From positions 64,001 to 128,000 of the forward strand of contig CAWHDT010000009.1 in assembly GCA_963828195.1 (NCBI GenBank): 64,000 bases of DNA. Reading direction: 5' to 3'. The number at the start of each line of letters is the position of its first letter. Position 1 is the first letter of the stretch. This stretch comes from Candidatus Bathyarchaeota archaeon. Its GTDB lineage: Archaea; Thermoproteota; Bathyarchaeia; Bathyarchaeales; Bathycorpusculaceae. Positions 41,807-50,204 of this stretch are shown piece by piece. Both the position numbers and the translations under genes were made by a program. The notes under the pieces are model-generated. The model was not told the DNA's origin, did no database searches, and was given only the letters and a program-made list of their open reading frames with translations.

Positions 41807-42069
41807 GGTCTACGACCTTACCCAATAAAGTTTAAGCAGTTATATTTAAAATTAAGTTAAAAAAACCTCAAAATCCACCTTTAACTCAAGACATCAAAAA
41901 AATCAAGCACATGAGTAAAACGCAAAACTAAAAACACTTAAGCTTAAGGAACCTGAAAAATAATTTTAATTAAGATTGTTTCTATTAATAATGAACAAAG
42001 ATACCTTAACATATCAGAGTTAGAAACTTTGTTAATTTACGGAATTACATCTTAACCTTTTGATGAACA

Positions 42070-42375
42070 TTACCATATACCGATAGAAGTAAGTTTCTTG
42101 TGCAAAGTTTCACTTACGATTCTGTCAGCCTCTTTTTGTTTGTCCCCCAGTATCTCAAAATTGTGATTATAATTTGCTGTTACTGATCCAGTTAGAACTA
42201 ACTGTCCAACTCCCATTTCACCTGAGTCTATTTCACCCAATTTTTCTTTGGTTCCATATTGAAGGTTAAGGTCAGTGATTTTAGCATTAGGAAAGGCTTT
42301 TTTAAGTTTTTTATTAGTTTGTATTTCAAGTTTTTCTAACCATTTTGGTTTTATAACTTCATTCTCCATAAACAA
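42070..42375 (-). CDS. hypothetical protein
   Basis: ORF with GAGG RBS. Confidence 0.6.
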   Translation of the reverse strand: MFMENEVIKPKWLEKLEIQTNKKLKKAFPNAKITDLNLQYGTKEKLGEIDSGEMGVGQLVLTGSVTANYNHNFEILGDKQKEADRIVSETLHKKLTSIGIW

Positions 42376-42602
42376 GCCTCATTTGTAATCAGAGATATTC
42401 AGATTTAAGATTTTTCTATATCTGTTCTTTTCGGTACATTTTCGGGAATAACTGTTAGTTTTCAGTTTACCCAGAACAGCCTTTTATCGTTGCGACTTTT
42501 CACACGTAACTTCTCTCAGGAATCTCAACAGGGGACAAATTGTTTGTCCAAAAATAATCAGATTTCCCTAATTAATCAAGTTTCTAATCGCTTAAAAATT
42601 TA

Positions 42603-42955
42603 GTAAAATTTCGTTGGCAGTTACTACATCTAGTTAACAATGGCGCTCTGAAAGTTCTTTGGCGAACCTCCACATGATGAACCCGATTGCAGCGATAATG
42701 AAACTTACGATTGCAAAAGCGTCTACATGAATCCACGGTATAAGAGGGGACAACTCAGTGTACTGGTATTGTGGAAGCCCAAGTTGCACAATCACTCCGT
42801 AAATCCAGGCTAACATTCCGAACAAGAAAAGGAATTCGCCAGTAACCTTCAAAACAATCAACTTTAGATCTGCAGTCATCAGAGTAGTTCCTATGTTCTT
42901 AAAGCAAAAGCCTGAATACCCTAATAAGAATTCTTGTAAAATTTCGTTGGCAGTT
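42603..42955. repeat. identical 20-bp direct repeat GTAAAATTTCGTTGGCAGTT
   Basis: 42603-42622 and 42936-42955, each 11-13 nt past the stop of a minus-strand gene. Confidence 0.85.
42634..42879 (-). CDS. two-TM small membrane protein
   Basis: Hydrophobic 81-aa ORF. Confidence 0.75.
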   Translation of the reverse strand: MTADLKLIVLKVTGEFLFLFGMLAWIYGVIVQLGLPQYQYTELSPLIPWIHVDAFAIVSFIIAAIGFIMWRFAKELSERHC

Positions 42956-42968
42956 TTGAACTAAGTTC

Positions 42969-44357
42969 CTAACCCTTGAATGCCATTGGTATTTTTCGCT
43001 TTCTTACCGTAAGCATGATAATAGCGAAAAGTGATAGCACTAAGAGTATAGCTAAAACTTCTATTGTTGGAAACTCTGGAACGGTAGGCGTAGGAGTAGG
43101 GGTTGGGGTTGAGGTAAATGTTGAATTTTGGATAGGCGTCGGAGATGGTGATGCGTTTGTTGTGGATATTGGAGCATTTAGATTAGGCAATGCTTCGGGA
43201 TTAGGTGCAGTTAGGAAGGGAACAAAGTTCACAATTCCTAAAGTAAAGTCATCTTTGAAATCATACATTGTTTGATTAATAGCTTGAACATCGGTTGTTC
43301 CCCACCAATTATTGGATGCGTCAACATTTTTTGATTGACCTTCGTAGCCTGTTATTACCAATTGAATATTAAGAGTGTTGTTTAGGAAGTTATTTTCAAT
43401 TATCGTTGGCTGATAAGCATTTGAAACCCATATTCCCACATTATTATTAGTAATGGTATTATTTTGTATTGTCAAAGTCGTCTGTATAACAGCGACGTTT
43501 GGGGAAAAAATCTGTATTCCATAGCCGTTATCAGAAATGAGATTGTTTTCGATTAGAACATTCCCGATTGGTCCGCCAAACCAGTTAAACCAAATACCGT
43601 CCCGAAAACCGCTTTGATATTCTGCATCAGAGATAACGTTATTTATTATTGTTGCACTACCACTTGCATATGAAATAGACCCGTTTACTATATTGTTATT
43701 CGATAATGAGCAGTTACCGCCATTCATGAGGATGAAGTTCGAGATTGTATTTCCATGAATTAAAGGCGAACCACTCAAGATAGATATTTCTGCACCGCTA
43801 ATTGTGTCATTGCTTATGTTAACAGAAGTGCTTAAGTCTATTTCAGTAAGGTTAACAACCGCATTTTCTATTATAGAACCTGAATTGGTTGCATCATTCC
43901 ATCCTGTACTGGATGGAGAAAATGTGATATATGAATAGTATGCTGGACCTAATTCTGTGACCCCAGCCACGTTACCATTTATTTGTATTGGGTTATTGTT
44001 TGTTCCTATTGCAGACAAAACACCATTAACCAGTATGTAGGCAGATGCATTTCCCATGTTTATTGTTGCACCTTGTTGGATAATAAGTGAACCATTGACC
44101 ATAATGTAATAGCCGTTAAGGTTTAATGTACTTCCCATTCCAATTGTTAGGGCTGTCCCGCTACTTATCAAAATATCTCCTGTAAGGTTGTACGGACTAT
44201 TTGCTTGCGTCCATGTAGTATCAGAAGTGATTATGCCATTGACGGTTGTACCGCTTTGAGCCAATCCTAAAGGTGTAGTTGCGAATATTACGGTCATACT
44301 TGACACGGCTAAGATAAAAACAAGAAGCAATGAGAAACTCTTACTGATAATGCTCAT
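42969..44357 (-). CDS. secreted parallel beta-helix protein with PEF-CTERM-type sorting signal
   Basis: Signal peptide, I.NN.I..N..GI repeats, NNWWG, PT linker, VPEFP-TM-RKRK tail. Confidence 0.9.
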   Translation of the reverse strand: MSIISKSFSLLLVFILAVSSMTVIFATTPLGLAQSGTTVNGIITSDTTWTQANSPYNLTGDILISSGTALTIGMGSTLNLNGYYIMVNGSLIIQQGATINMGNASAYILVNGVLSAIGTNNNPIQINGNVAGVTELGPAYYSYITFSPSSTGWNDATNSGSIIENAVVNLTEIDLSTSVNISNDTISGAEISILSGSPLIHGNTISNFILMNGGNCSLSNNNIVNGSISYASGSATIINNVISDAEYQSGFRDGIWFNWFGGPIGNVLIENNLISDNGYGIQIFSPNVAVIQTTLTIQNNTITNNNVGIWVSNAYQPTIIENNFLNNTLNIQLVITGYEGQSKNVDASNNWWGTTDVQAINQTMYDFKDDFTLGIVNFVPFLTAPNPEALPNLNAPISTTNASPSPTPIQNSTFTSTPTPTPTPTVPEFPTIEVLAILLVLSLFAIIMLTVRKRKIPMAFKG

Positions 44358-44407
44358 ATTTAGCCTTAGAGAAGGTTTGGCGATAAAAGGCTTATCGTAT
44401 ATATTCC

Positions 44408-44450
44408 TTGACTAACAATAGTCAATGTTTCTTGACTAAGAATCGGTCTA
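44408..44450. promoter_or_regulatory. operator-like palindrome TTGACTA-N4-TAGTCAA plus degenerate tandem copy
   Basis: Perfect 7-4-7 at 44408-44425, second copy from 44432, upstream of the beta-helix gene. Confidence 0.55.
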
Positions 44451-44543
44451 ATTCTGCGCTATACAGATTTAAGACTTATTGTATCTTCAAAAAGTCAAAA
44501 AAATAAAAAAGAGAAAAAGATAATGTCCGTAAGTGACTTGCTC

Positions 44544-44625
44544 CTATTTTGGCGGGTTGTTGTCTCGACCTTTTCCAGGATGGGTTGCCCGTTGTGCTTG
44601 GCTTTCCACCCTTCCCGTTACCCAA
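44544..44625 (-). pseudogene. G/P-rich micropeptide with a +1 frameshift
   Basis: GAGGTGA RBS, TTG; removing one base gives MGNGKGGKPSTTGNPSGKGRDNNPPK*. Confidence 0.45.
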
Positions 44626-44799
44626 ATTTTCACCTCAACTCTACGTAGTTTAATTCAGTTTTAAATTTTAGGCTTTTATAGAGGGCAATTCCTAAGTTTC
44701 CGTCGCTCTTTTAAACCGTATTTCATCTGCTTCAGTTGGTTTTCGCTTGATTAAGCGGAGTTAACAGAAGTTGAAGGGTAAATTTACCTAAAGAACGGG

Positions 44800-45171
44800 T
44801 TATTTGAGTTTTGCGTGCTCAGCTTCAAAAGAGGCGTTATAAGTTCTTTTGCCACTAGTGTTTAGTGCGCAGGTGACTTTTCCTTTCAGGGTCACTCCTC
44901 TTAGCCGCCTCAGGTCTTTGGTCATGTCGGGTTCGGTGTCGTCAAACCAGCACATGACGTAGCGGTCAGCGGCGCCTTGGGGCGACGTAAGATAGTCAGC
45001 GTCTCCCATCAACGTGAAAAAATCGACAAGGCTGCCCGTCACTTTAGAGTCGCCGCCTCGGGCAAGCGTAATTTTCTTTGTCTTAACAACCACAAAGGGA
45101 TCCACTTCAGGGTCAACATCTCGCTCCTTAAAAATGCAGACAACCGCTTTATTCCAGACAAACTCGGACAA
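44800..45171 (-). CDS. hypothetical protein
   Basis: GAGG RBS before TTG 45171. Confidence 0.75.
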   Translation of the reverse strand: MSEFVWNKAVVCIFKERDVDPEVDPFVVVKTKKITLARGGDSKVTGSLVDFFTLMGDADYLTSPQGAADRYVMCWFDDTEPDMTKDLRRLRGVTLKGKVTCALNTSGKRTYNASFEAEHAKLK

Positions 45172-45324
45172 AACACATTCCTCAAAAACAACAATAGCTA
45201 AAAGAATTATATAATTATATTGCAACCCGCACATCCCAACGTAATCGTAACCAAAAATTTTCTTCTGCCGCTGGCGATTACGCGCAGTAGCAGTTTTTTT
45301 CAGTCAGTGCGCTGGTCAGACTCT

Positions 45325-45405
45325 ATTAAAAAAGGCGCTCTTACAGCAATCTTCCAACAGGCAGGATTAACACGCGAGGAATTCATAGAATTAACCGAAA
45401 AGTAA
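45325..45405 (+). pseudogene. hicA: HicA toxin C-terminal part
   Basis: IKKGALTAIFQQAGLTREEFIELTEK* is a canonical HicA C-terminus. Confidence 0.8.
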
Positions 45406-45413
45406 TTTGAGGC

Positions 45414-45460
45414 TGGAGCGTTCGGCGGGATTTGGACCCGCGACATTGCCTTACCAAGGT
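45414..45460 (-). repeat. duplicated 3' half of tRNA-Thr (att-like site)
   Basis: Near-identical to 46336-46383. Confidence 0.92.
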
Positions 45461-45534
45461 GTGCATTGTCGGGTGGATGGGAAACTCGGTTTATATCAAA
45501 GCTTATATGGTCAAAAAGATGTTCTCTATCATAA

Positions 45535-45768
45535 GTGGCAGTTATGGTAAAAATCAACGGTAACAAATTCACTGTAATCTTAAGAGAGGAGCCCGACGGT
45601 GGTTATTCAGCGCAATGCTTGGAACTTCCCGGAGCAATCAGCGAAGGATACAACCGCAAGGAAGCGCTTGTCAACATTAAAGAAGCCATCGAAGGGTACC
45701 TCGAAGCTTTCCCCGAAGAGGTTGACCAGCTTAAATGCAAGAAAGAGCTGGTGGAGATAACTGTCTGA
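45535..45768 (+). CDS. hicB: HicB-family antitoxin (short form)
   Basis: EPDGGYSAQCLELPGAISEG..RKEALVNIKEAIEGYLE. Confidence 0.92.
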   Translation: MAVMVKINGNKFTVILREEPDGGYSAQCLELPGAISEGYNRKEALVNIKEAIEGYLEAFPEEVDQLKCKKELVEITV

Positions 45769-45916
45769 AAAGTTGCCGTCTACATCTTGGCGTACGGTAA
45801 TTAAAGCTCTCAGCAAAAAAGGCTTTAGAGTCGCGGGTCAAAGAGGCAGCCACATATTTCTTACTGATGGAAAACATAAACTTACGGTTCCACGGCATAA
45901 CCCTGTTCTTGAATAG
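45761..45916 (+). pseudogene. hicA: HicA toxin N-terminal part, truncated after VPRHNP
   Basis: SEKLPSTSWRTVIKALSKKGFRVAGQRGSHIFLTDGKHKLTVPRHNP. Confidence 0.85.
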
Positions 45917-45959
45917 CCCTCAAAATATCTTCAAGATAGAGCTTGATGTCTCTTGTCAT
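45905..45959 (-). pseudogene. HEPN/DUF86 toxin N-terminal remnant
   Basis: MTRDIKLYLEDILRAIQE overlapping the MNT stop, then truncated. Confidence 0.75.
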
Positions 45960-46255
45960 ACATAGATTGTCTCGTCAAGTATTTTATCCTTGATTCGTGT
46001 TTTAAGAGCGTCTTTTTGAACTAAGTCAACCTTCACCTTTAGTTTTCGACTTAAAAACTGTTTAAGCCCAATAAAATCCACCAAGTCAATGTCATTTGGC
46101 TCAAAAAAAGATACAAGAATATCCAAATCGCTTCTTTCATTTTGACAGCTCTGAGAATATGAACCAAATATGCCTACGGTTTTCACTTGAAACTCCTTTT
46201 CTAGGACTGGCTTAAGTAGCATAAGTTGCCTTTTAAGTTCATCAAGTGTTCTCAT
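45956..46255 (-). CDS. minimal nucleotidyltransferase (MNT antitoxin)
   Basis: IFGSY...SDLDILV...KVDLV. Confidence 0.92.
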   Translation of the reverse strand: MRTLDELKRQLMLLKPVLEKEFQVKTVGIFGSYSQSCQNERSDLDILVSFFEPNDIDLVDFIGLKQFLSRKLKVKVDLVQKDALKTRIKDKILDETIYV

Positions 46256-46335
46256 AGGCGCCTTCCATTTCTTTCTATAATTGAATTAATCTAAAAAAGT
46301 TTGCTAGACAACCAAAACACGACTAAAATATAATT

Positions 46336-46412
46336 TGGAGCCTTCGGCGGGATTTGGACCCGCGACCATTACCTTACCAAGGTAACGCCCCACCGGGCTA
46401 GGCTACGAAGGC
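46336..46412 (-). tRNA. tRNA-Thr(GGT), CCA encoded
   Basis: Cloverleaf GCCTTCG...CGAAGGC-T-CCA; anticodon arm TTACC-TTGGTAA-GGTAA. Confidence 0.96.
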
Positions 46413-46530
46413 AAACAATTTGTTCCCGTGAAAGAACTGCGTCTTGGCAATAAAATGCTTACGGTCGCAGCATCAATGATTTCTAAAAAAGAGTGTGCTA
46501 ATATGAATGGCAATAGTTAATCAAAGTTTA

Positions 46531-47277
46531 TTATTTTAACAATTTTTCTGGAACCATCCTCATGTATTTGTTGACATAGAACATGTCTGGTTCATGTTTG
46601 GTTGCCCTAACTCTAATGTCAAATTTTGGGTCTTGAGGATTAGTACTGTCAAATAGAATCAAACCTATGCCAAATACTAAGCAAAGTGATTCAAGTCTTT
46701 CTTTATCTTCTACGTCTGAAGCGTTGGGTATCACAATGTAAGTTTTATGACTAAAGGATCCATATGCACAAGCTTGACCAAAAGCAGTAATCAGGCCCTG
46801 AGTATCGGTTTTTATTTCAGCAGATACAATAATGATTTGGCGCTGAATTATTTCACCTAATGTAGCTCTTTCAATGCCTATTACGTCGGGTGTTCCCCAT
46901 TTATCACCGAAAGATTTTCCGCCTAATGGTATTGCTGTAGTGCACTCGCCAAGATCATTCTCTAGAAAATCAGCGAATGATGCATAGAAATCAATTTCTC
47001 TAACTGGAACGATATGCAGCTGGCTTTCTGATGTTGCAGTATTTTGTTTTTCCTTAAAAGAAACGTGCCTAAAAAGTCCTCTGCCCGCTTTATAGACCTC
47101 TGAAGGCTTGGTTGAATCAAGATTCCAAATCGTTCCTCGAATGTGGTTTACATTTGCATCGGGCAAACTGTTCTTTATTTGTCTTATTAAATTAGAATAT
47201 CGAACTCCCTCAGGGCTGTTCTTGAGAATTTCAATCGCTTTTTCCTCTATCCGTTCTTTGTAAGTTCGAGTTGGCAT
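46531..47277 (-). CDS. N-terminal HTH plus PD-(D/E)xK nuclease-like protein
   Basis: WGTPDVIG, SAEIK, AFGQACAY..F.HK.Y motifs. Confidence 0.8.
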   Translation of the reverse strand: MPTRTYKERIEEKAIEILKNSPEGVRYSNLIRQIKNSLPDANVNHIRGTIWNLDSTKPSEVYKAGRGLFRHVSFKEKQNTATSESQLHIVPVREIDFYASFADFLENDLGECTTAIPLGGKSFGDKWGTPDVIGIERATLGEIIQRQIIIVSAEIKTDTQGLITAFGQACAYGSFSHKTYIVIPNASDVEDKERLESLCLVFGIGLILFDSTNPQDPKFDIRVRATKHEPDMFYVNKYMRMVPEKLLK

Positions 47278-47373
47278 AGTTATCAAATGAAGACTTTGAA
47301 TTTAAGAACTTATTGCAAGAACTCCTTAACAGATATTAAGGTAAAATCCTTTTATACTAAACCTTAATCGCAT

Positions 47374-47461
47374 GCAGGGGTCTCCAAGCCTGGTCAACGG
47401 AGTAGGGCTTAGGACCCTATCGCGTAGGCGTTCGTGGGTTCAAATCCCACCCCCTGCACCA
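47374..47461 (+). tRNA. tRNA-Leu(TAG), CCA encoded
   Basis: GCAGGGG...CCCCTGC-A-CCA, long variable arm, anticodon arm TAGGG-CTTAGGA-CCCTA. Confidence 0.96.
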
Positions 47462-47763
47462 CTCTAAGTAAAAGTATAGCTTTTTTTGGTATGTTTGCCT
47501 GGTTTTTTGTGATCTATCGTGTTAAATGACAATGAATAAAAAATAAAATTGAGCGTTTTAAGAGAGGAAATGCCCATAGCGATCAAACAACTTAATTGCA
47601 ATAGCGGGTCACATAATAAAAATTGAAAGTAGAATTTTCTAGTTCTTGTTGCAGTAGAGAAGTTGGAATCATAAAGGTAGGCGGTATCGGAGTCTTTTCA
47701 GTGGTTCTGTTAAGCCTCTGTTGCTTGACAGAATTCTTCTCCGTGTGAAAAATCGTCCCCAAA

Positions 47764-47985
47764 CTATATTTCGTTGTAGCGGTTGCAGTTTGGACACTTT
47801 AACACAACATTCTTGAATTTTCCTTCGATGATGTTCTCGCCTAGTTTTGATCCACAATTGCCGCATAGGTAAGTAGTGTTACCACCCTTGCTTTTTATTA
47901 CTGGCAACGTTTTGGATGCAAAAACGGTTCGGTTTCCCTTTTCTGGTTCTGGTATAGTTTTTAATTTTCTGTCCATTTTATCCAC
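47764..47985 (-). CDS. small zinc-ribbon protein
   Basis: YLCGNCG...LKCPNCNRYNEI. Confidence 0.75.
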   Translation of the reverse strand: MDKMDRKLKTIPEPEKGNRTVFASKTLPVIKSKGGNTTYLCGNCGSKLGENIIEGKFKNVVLKCPNCNRYNEI

Positions 47986-48157
47986 TTACTTCGGCTTTTA
48001 TTGGTTTGACTTGGATTATAAGTTTATTGTTTTCTGCTCTTTTCGATTAGCAGTTTCAAATCAATTACACTGATAAAAAAGGGGAATGCGTGATGCCTCC
48101 ACGACTTTAGGGGTTCAAATCCACCCCCTGCACCTTTAAGCACTCGTCAAAACTCTA

Positions 48158-48208
48158 TGTCCTCGTGTCCATGTGCGTCCTTGATGGACATTTGCGGACA
48201 GGCGGGCA
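48158..48208. repeat. 51-bp six-box palindrome, downstream copy
   Basis: TGTCC-3-TGTCC-5-CGTCC-5-GGACA-5-GGACA-3-GGGCA. Confidence 0.85.
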
Positions 48209-48215
48209 ATGTTGT

Positions 48216-49598
48216 CTATACTTGCCGATGGTAACCAAGCATATCTTCTGCCATGTTCTTTAAGCTGGGATCAACAAAATAAATTTTGGTTTTGCCCTTA
48301 CTCTTTATGGCAAGTATGGATCTTTCGTTTAATGCTTTTAGATGCTTTGCAAGAGAGCTTTTCTCGGCTGCCGTTGCTTTACTAAGTGCTTCATCCCTTC
48401 CGTAGGTTTCACCTTTCTGGAAAAGATACATTAGTATCTTGTATTCTGCGTCGCTGGGTTTTAGCATCTTGACATATGACATGCCAGCTTGATCAAGAGT
48501 AATTTTCTTATAAACTGTTGAGTCGAGCTTCCTTATGTCTTGGCTTGGCAAAGCAGATAAGAGCAGGTTGGAAAGCTCGTCCAAGATTAAGCGTATGCGA
48601 CCTTCATATTTTTCGTAGATTTCTGATAGCAACTTCTTATCTGCAAATTTGTAGATGGATATGCTAGGATCAATTGAAGCATCAGAATACATCTGTGATA
48701 AGAAAGCAAGTACATCTTCTTGGCATGGAGCAAGTACTTGTTCATAGTGGAATATGTCGGGATGGATTGGTTTTAGTCCATTTCTCCTTTTCAAAACTAT
48801 AATTACGTGAGCTAAATTTGCGTTCGTATAAAAGACATCTTTCAACAGTGTCATGATTGTTTTCTCGATTTGAGCGTTTTCTAGTTTGTCTACCTCATCT
48901 AGACCGATTACTACGCCGCGATAGCCCATGGTTTGCAAAAGGGCAAATCCTCGTCTCAGCAGATTAACAAAAACTGTATGAGAAAGAGTTTCAGTCCTTG
49001 CAACCAGAACCTGTTCTTGTTCCTCCTTAGTCAAATCCACCTTTATTATCGGAATTCCGACCGTGCTTGACAGACCCTGTGTTTCTATTGTTCCATTTGT
49101 AAATGTAATTTGATCAGAAGCATAAAGAATGGATAGAAAAGAGAGTTCTTCAAGGCTTTTACTTATTGATAATTTCCTTTCAAACAATCTCTTTAAGGTT
49201 CCAAGCATACTCGCATTACGCAAAGCTTCGGTGCTGATGGCAGAACCGAAAGCTCTTAAGAATTCTTGCTCGACGCCTTTAGCATTCTCAACCCCTACAG
49301 GAACTCTGTACTTTATCGTGAAATAGTTATCTTTAGTAAGAATGTTAAGTACCTTATTTAGGAGTGAGGATTTGCCTACTCCTAGATCACCGTGGAGGGC
49401 TACTTTGTAGCTTTTGCTCGTGGAGATTCCCATGTATATTTTTTCAACGATTTCTTTGCGATCTCTAAACAAGCTCTCGTCACGTTTCAGGCTCGCTTTG
49501 TCGATACCCGGTTCAAATAGTTCAAAGACCTGAAATGGGTTTGCTTTCAAATTAAACCGCGAGAGCGCCTTAACACTTGCTTGGTAATCAATGTCCAT
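48216..49598 (-). CDS. AAA+/P-loop ATPase with C-terminal winged-helix domain
   Basis: NPF, F.DR, GDLGVGKS, IGLDEVDK, GRIR, C-terminal wHTH; start likely ATG 49598 or 49616. Confidence 0.88.
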   Translation of the reverse strand: MDIDYQASVKALSRFNLKANPFQVFELFEPGIDKASLKRDESLFRDRKEIVEKIYMGISTSKSYKVALHGDLGVGKSSLLNKVLNILTKDNYFTIKYRVPVGVENAKGVEQEFLRAFGSAISTEALRNASMLGTLKRLFERKLSISKSLEELSFLSILYASDQITFTNGTIETQGLSSTVGIPIIKVDLTKEEQEQVLVARTETLSHTVFVNLLRRGFALLQTMGYRGVVIGLDEVDKLENAQIEKTIMTLLKDVFYTNANLAHVIIVLKRRNGLKPIHPDIFHYEQVLAPCQEDVLAFLSQMYSDASIDPSISIYKFADKKLLSEIYEKYEGRIRLILDELSNLLLSALPSQDIRKLDSTVYKKITLDQAGMSYVKMLKPSDAEYKILMYLFQKGETYGRDEALSKATAAEKSSLAKHLKALNERSILAIKSKGKTKIYFVDPSLKNMAEDMLGYHRQV

Positions 49599-49642
49599 AT
49601 GTCCACACTTGTCCATTATGGACGATACTGGACACGCGGACA
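49592..49642. repeat. 51-bp six-box palindrome, upstream copy between TATA box and start codon
   Basis: TGTCC-3-TGTCC-5-TGTCC-5-GGACG-5-GGACA-3-GGACA. Confidence 0.85.
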
Positions 49643-49929
49643 TATAAGGTTTTTTGAACACAACCAACGCGATTTTCTGTTTCCGAGAGTTCTTCGTGTT
49701 TTTCCAGATGAAACAATCCCAATAAAAAAGGAAGAAAGCTGCAGAAAAAACGGTGGCTGGCGATATCGCCAGTTTGTGGGGGGGTTCAAATCCCACCCCT
49801 TGTACCATATGGATTATTTTTGGTTAAACCGAAAGTCGGGTGGCTATCTTGTTAATGGAGAATAATCTGCGGAAGGCTTAAGCCTTAAGCCTCCATCTCT
49901 GTTTACACTAAGCACGGAAAGGTTTTTGC

Positions 49930-50169
49930 ATGGTTCATCGAAGAGTTCGAGGCGGAAAGTTCAAGATAAAGCATGTTGAGAAGCAACCTCCCGTTGAGTT
50001 GGGAGAGGAATTAGATGTGCACATAACCGACGTTTGTCCTAGCGGAGATGGGATGTCAAAAATTAGGGGCTACGTCATAATTGTGCCAAAAGCCAAGCCG
50101 AGAAACCGAGTGAAGATAAAGGTCACGCAAGTCGGCGAAAAAGCGGCAACGGGCGAAATAATCGAGTAA
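49930..50169 (+). CDS. single TRAM-domain protein
   Basis: PPVELGEELDVHI...GDGMSKIRGYVIIVP. Confidence 0.9.
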   Translation: MVHRRVRGGKFKIKHVEKQPPVELGEELDVHITDVCPSGDGMSKIRGYVIIVPKAKPRNRVKIKVTQVGEKAATGEIIE

Positions 50170-50204
50170 TTCTTTTTAATTACTTTGGTGCTAACTATGA
50201 AATT

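Noticed and set aside
49599-49808. N-terminal extension of the 530-aa ORF (MVQGVGFEPP...)
   Set aside because: It is the antisense reading of the tRNA-derived att copy and promoter; ATPase-like sequence begins near 49598.
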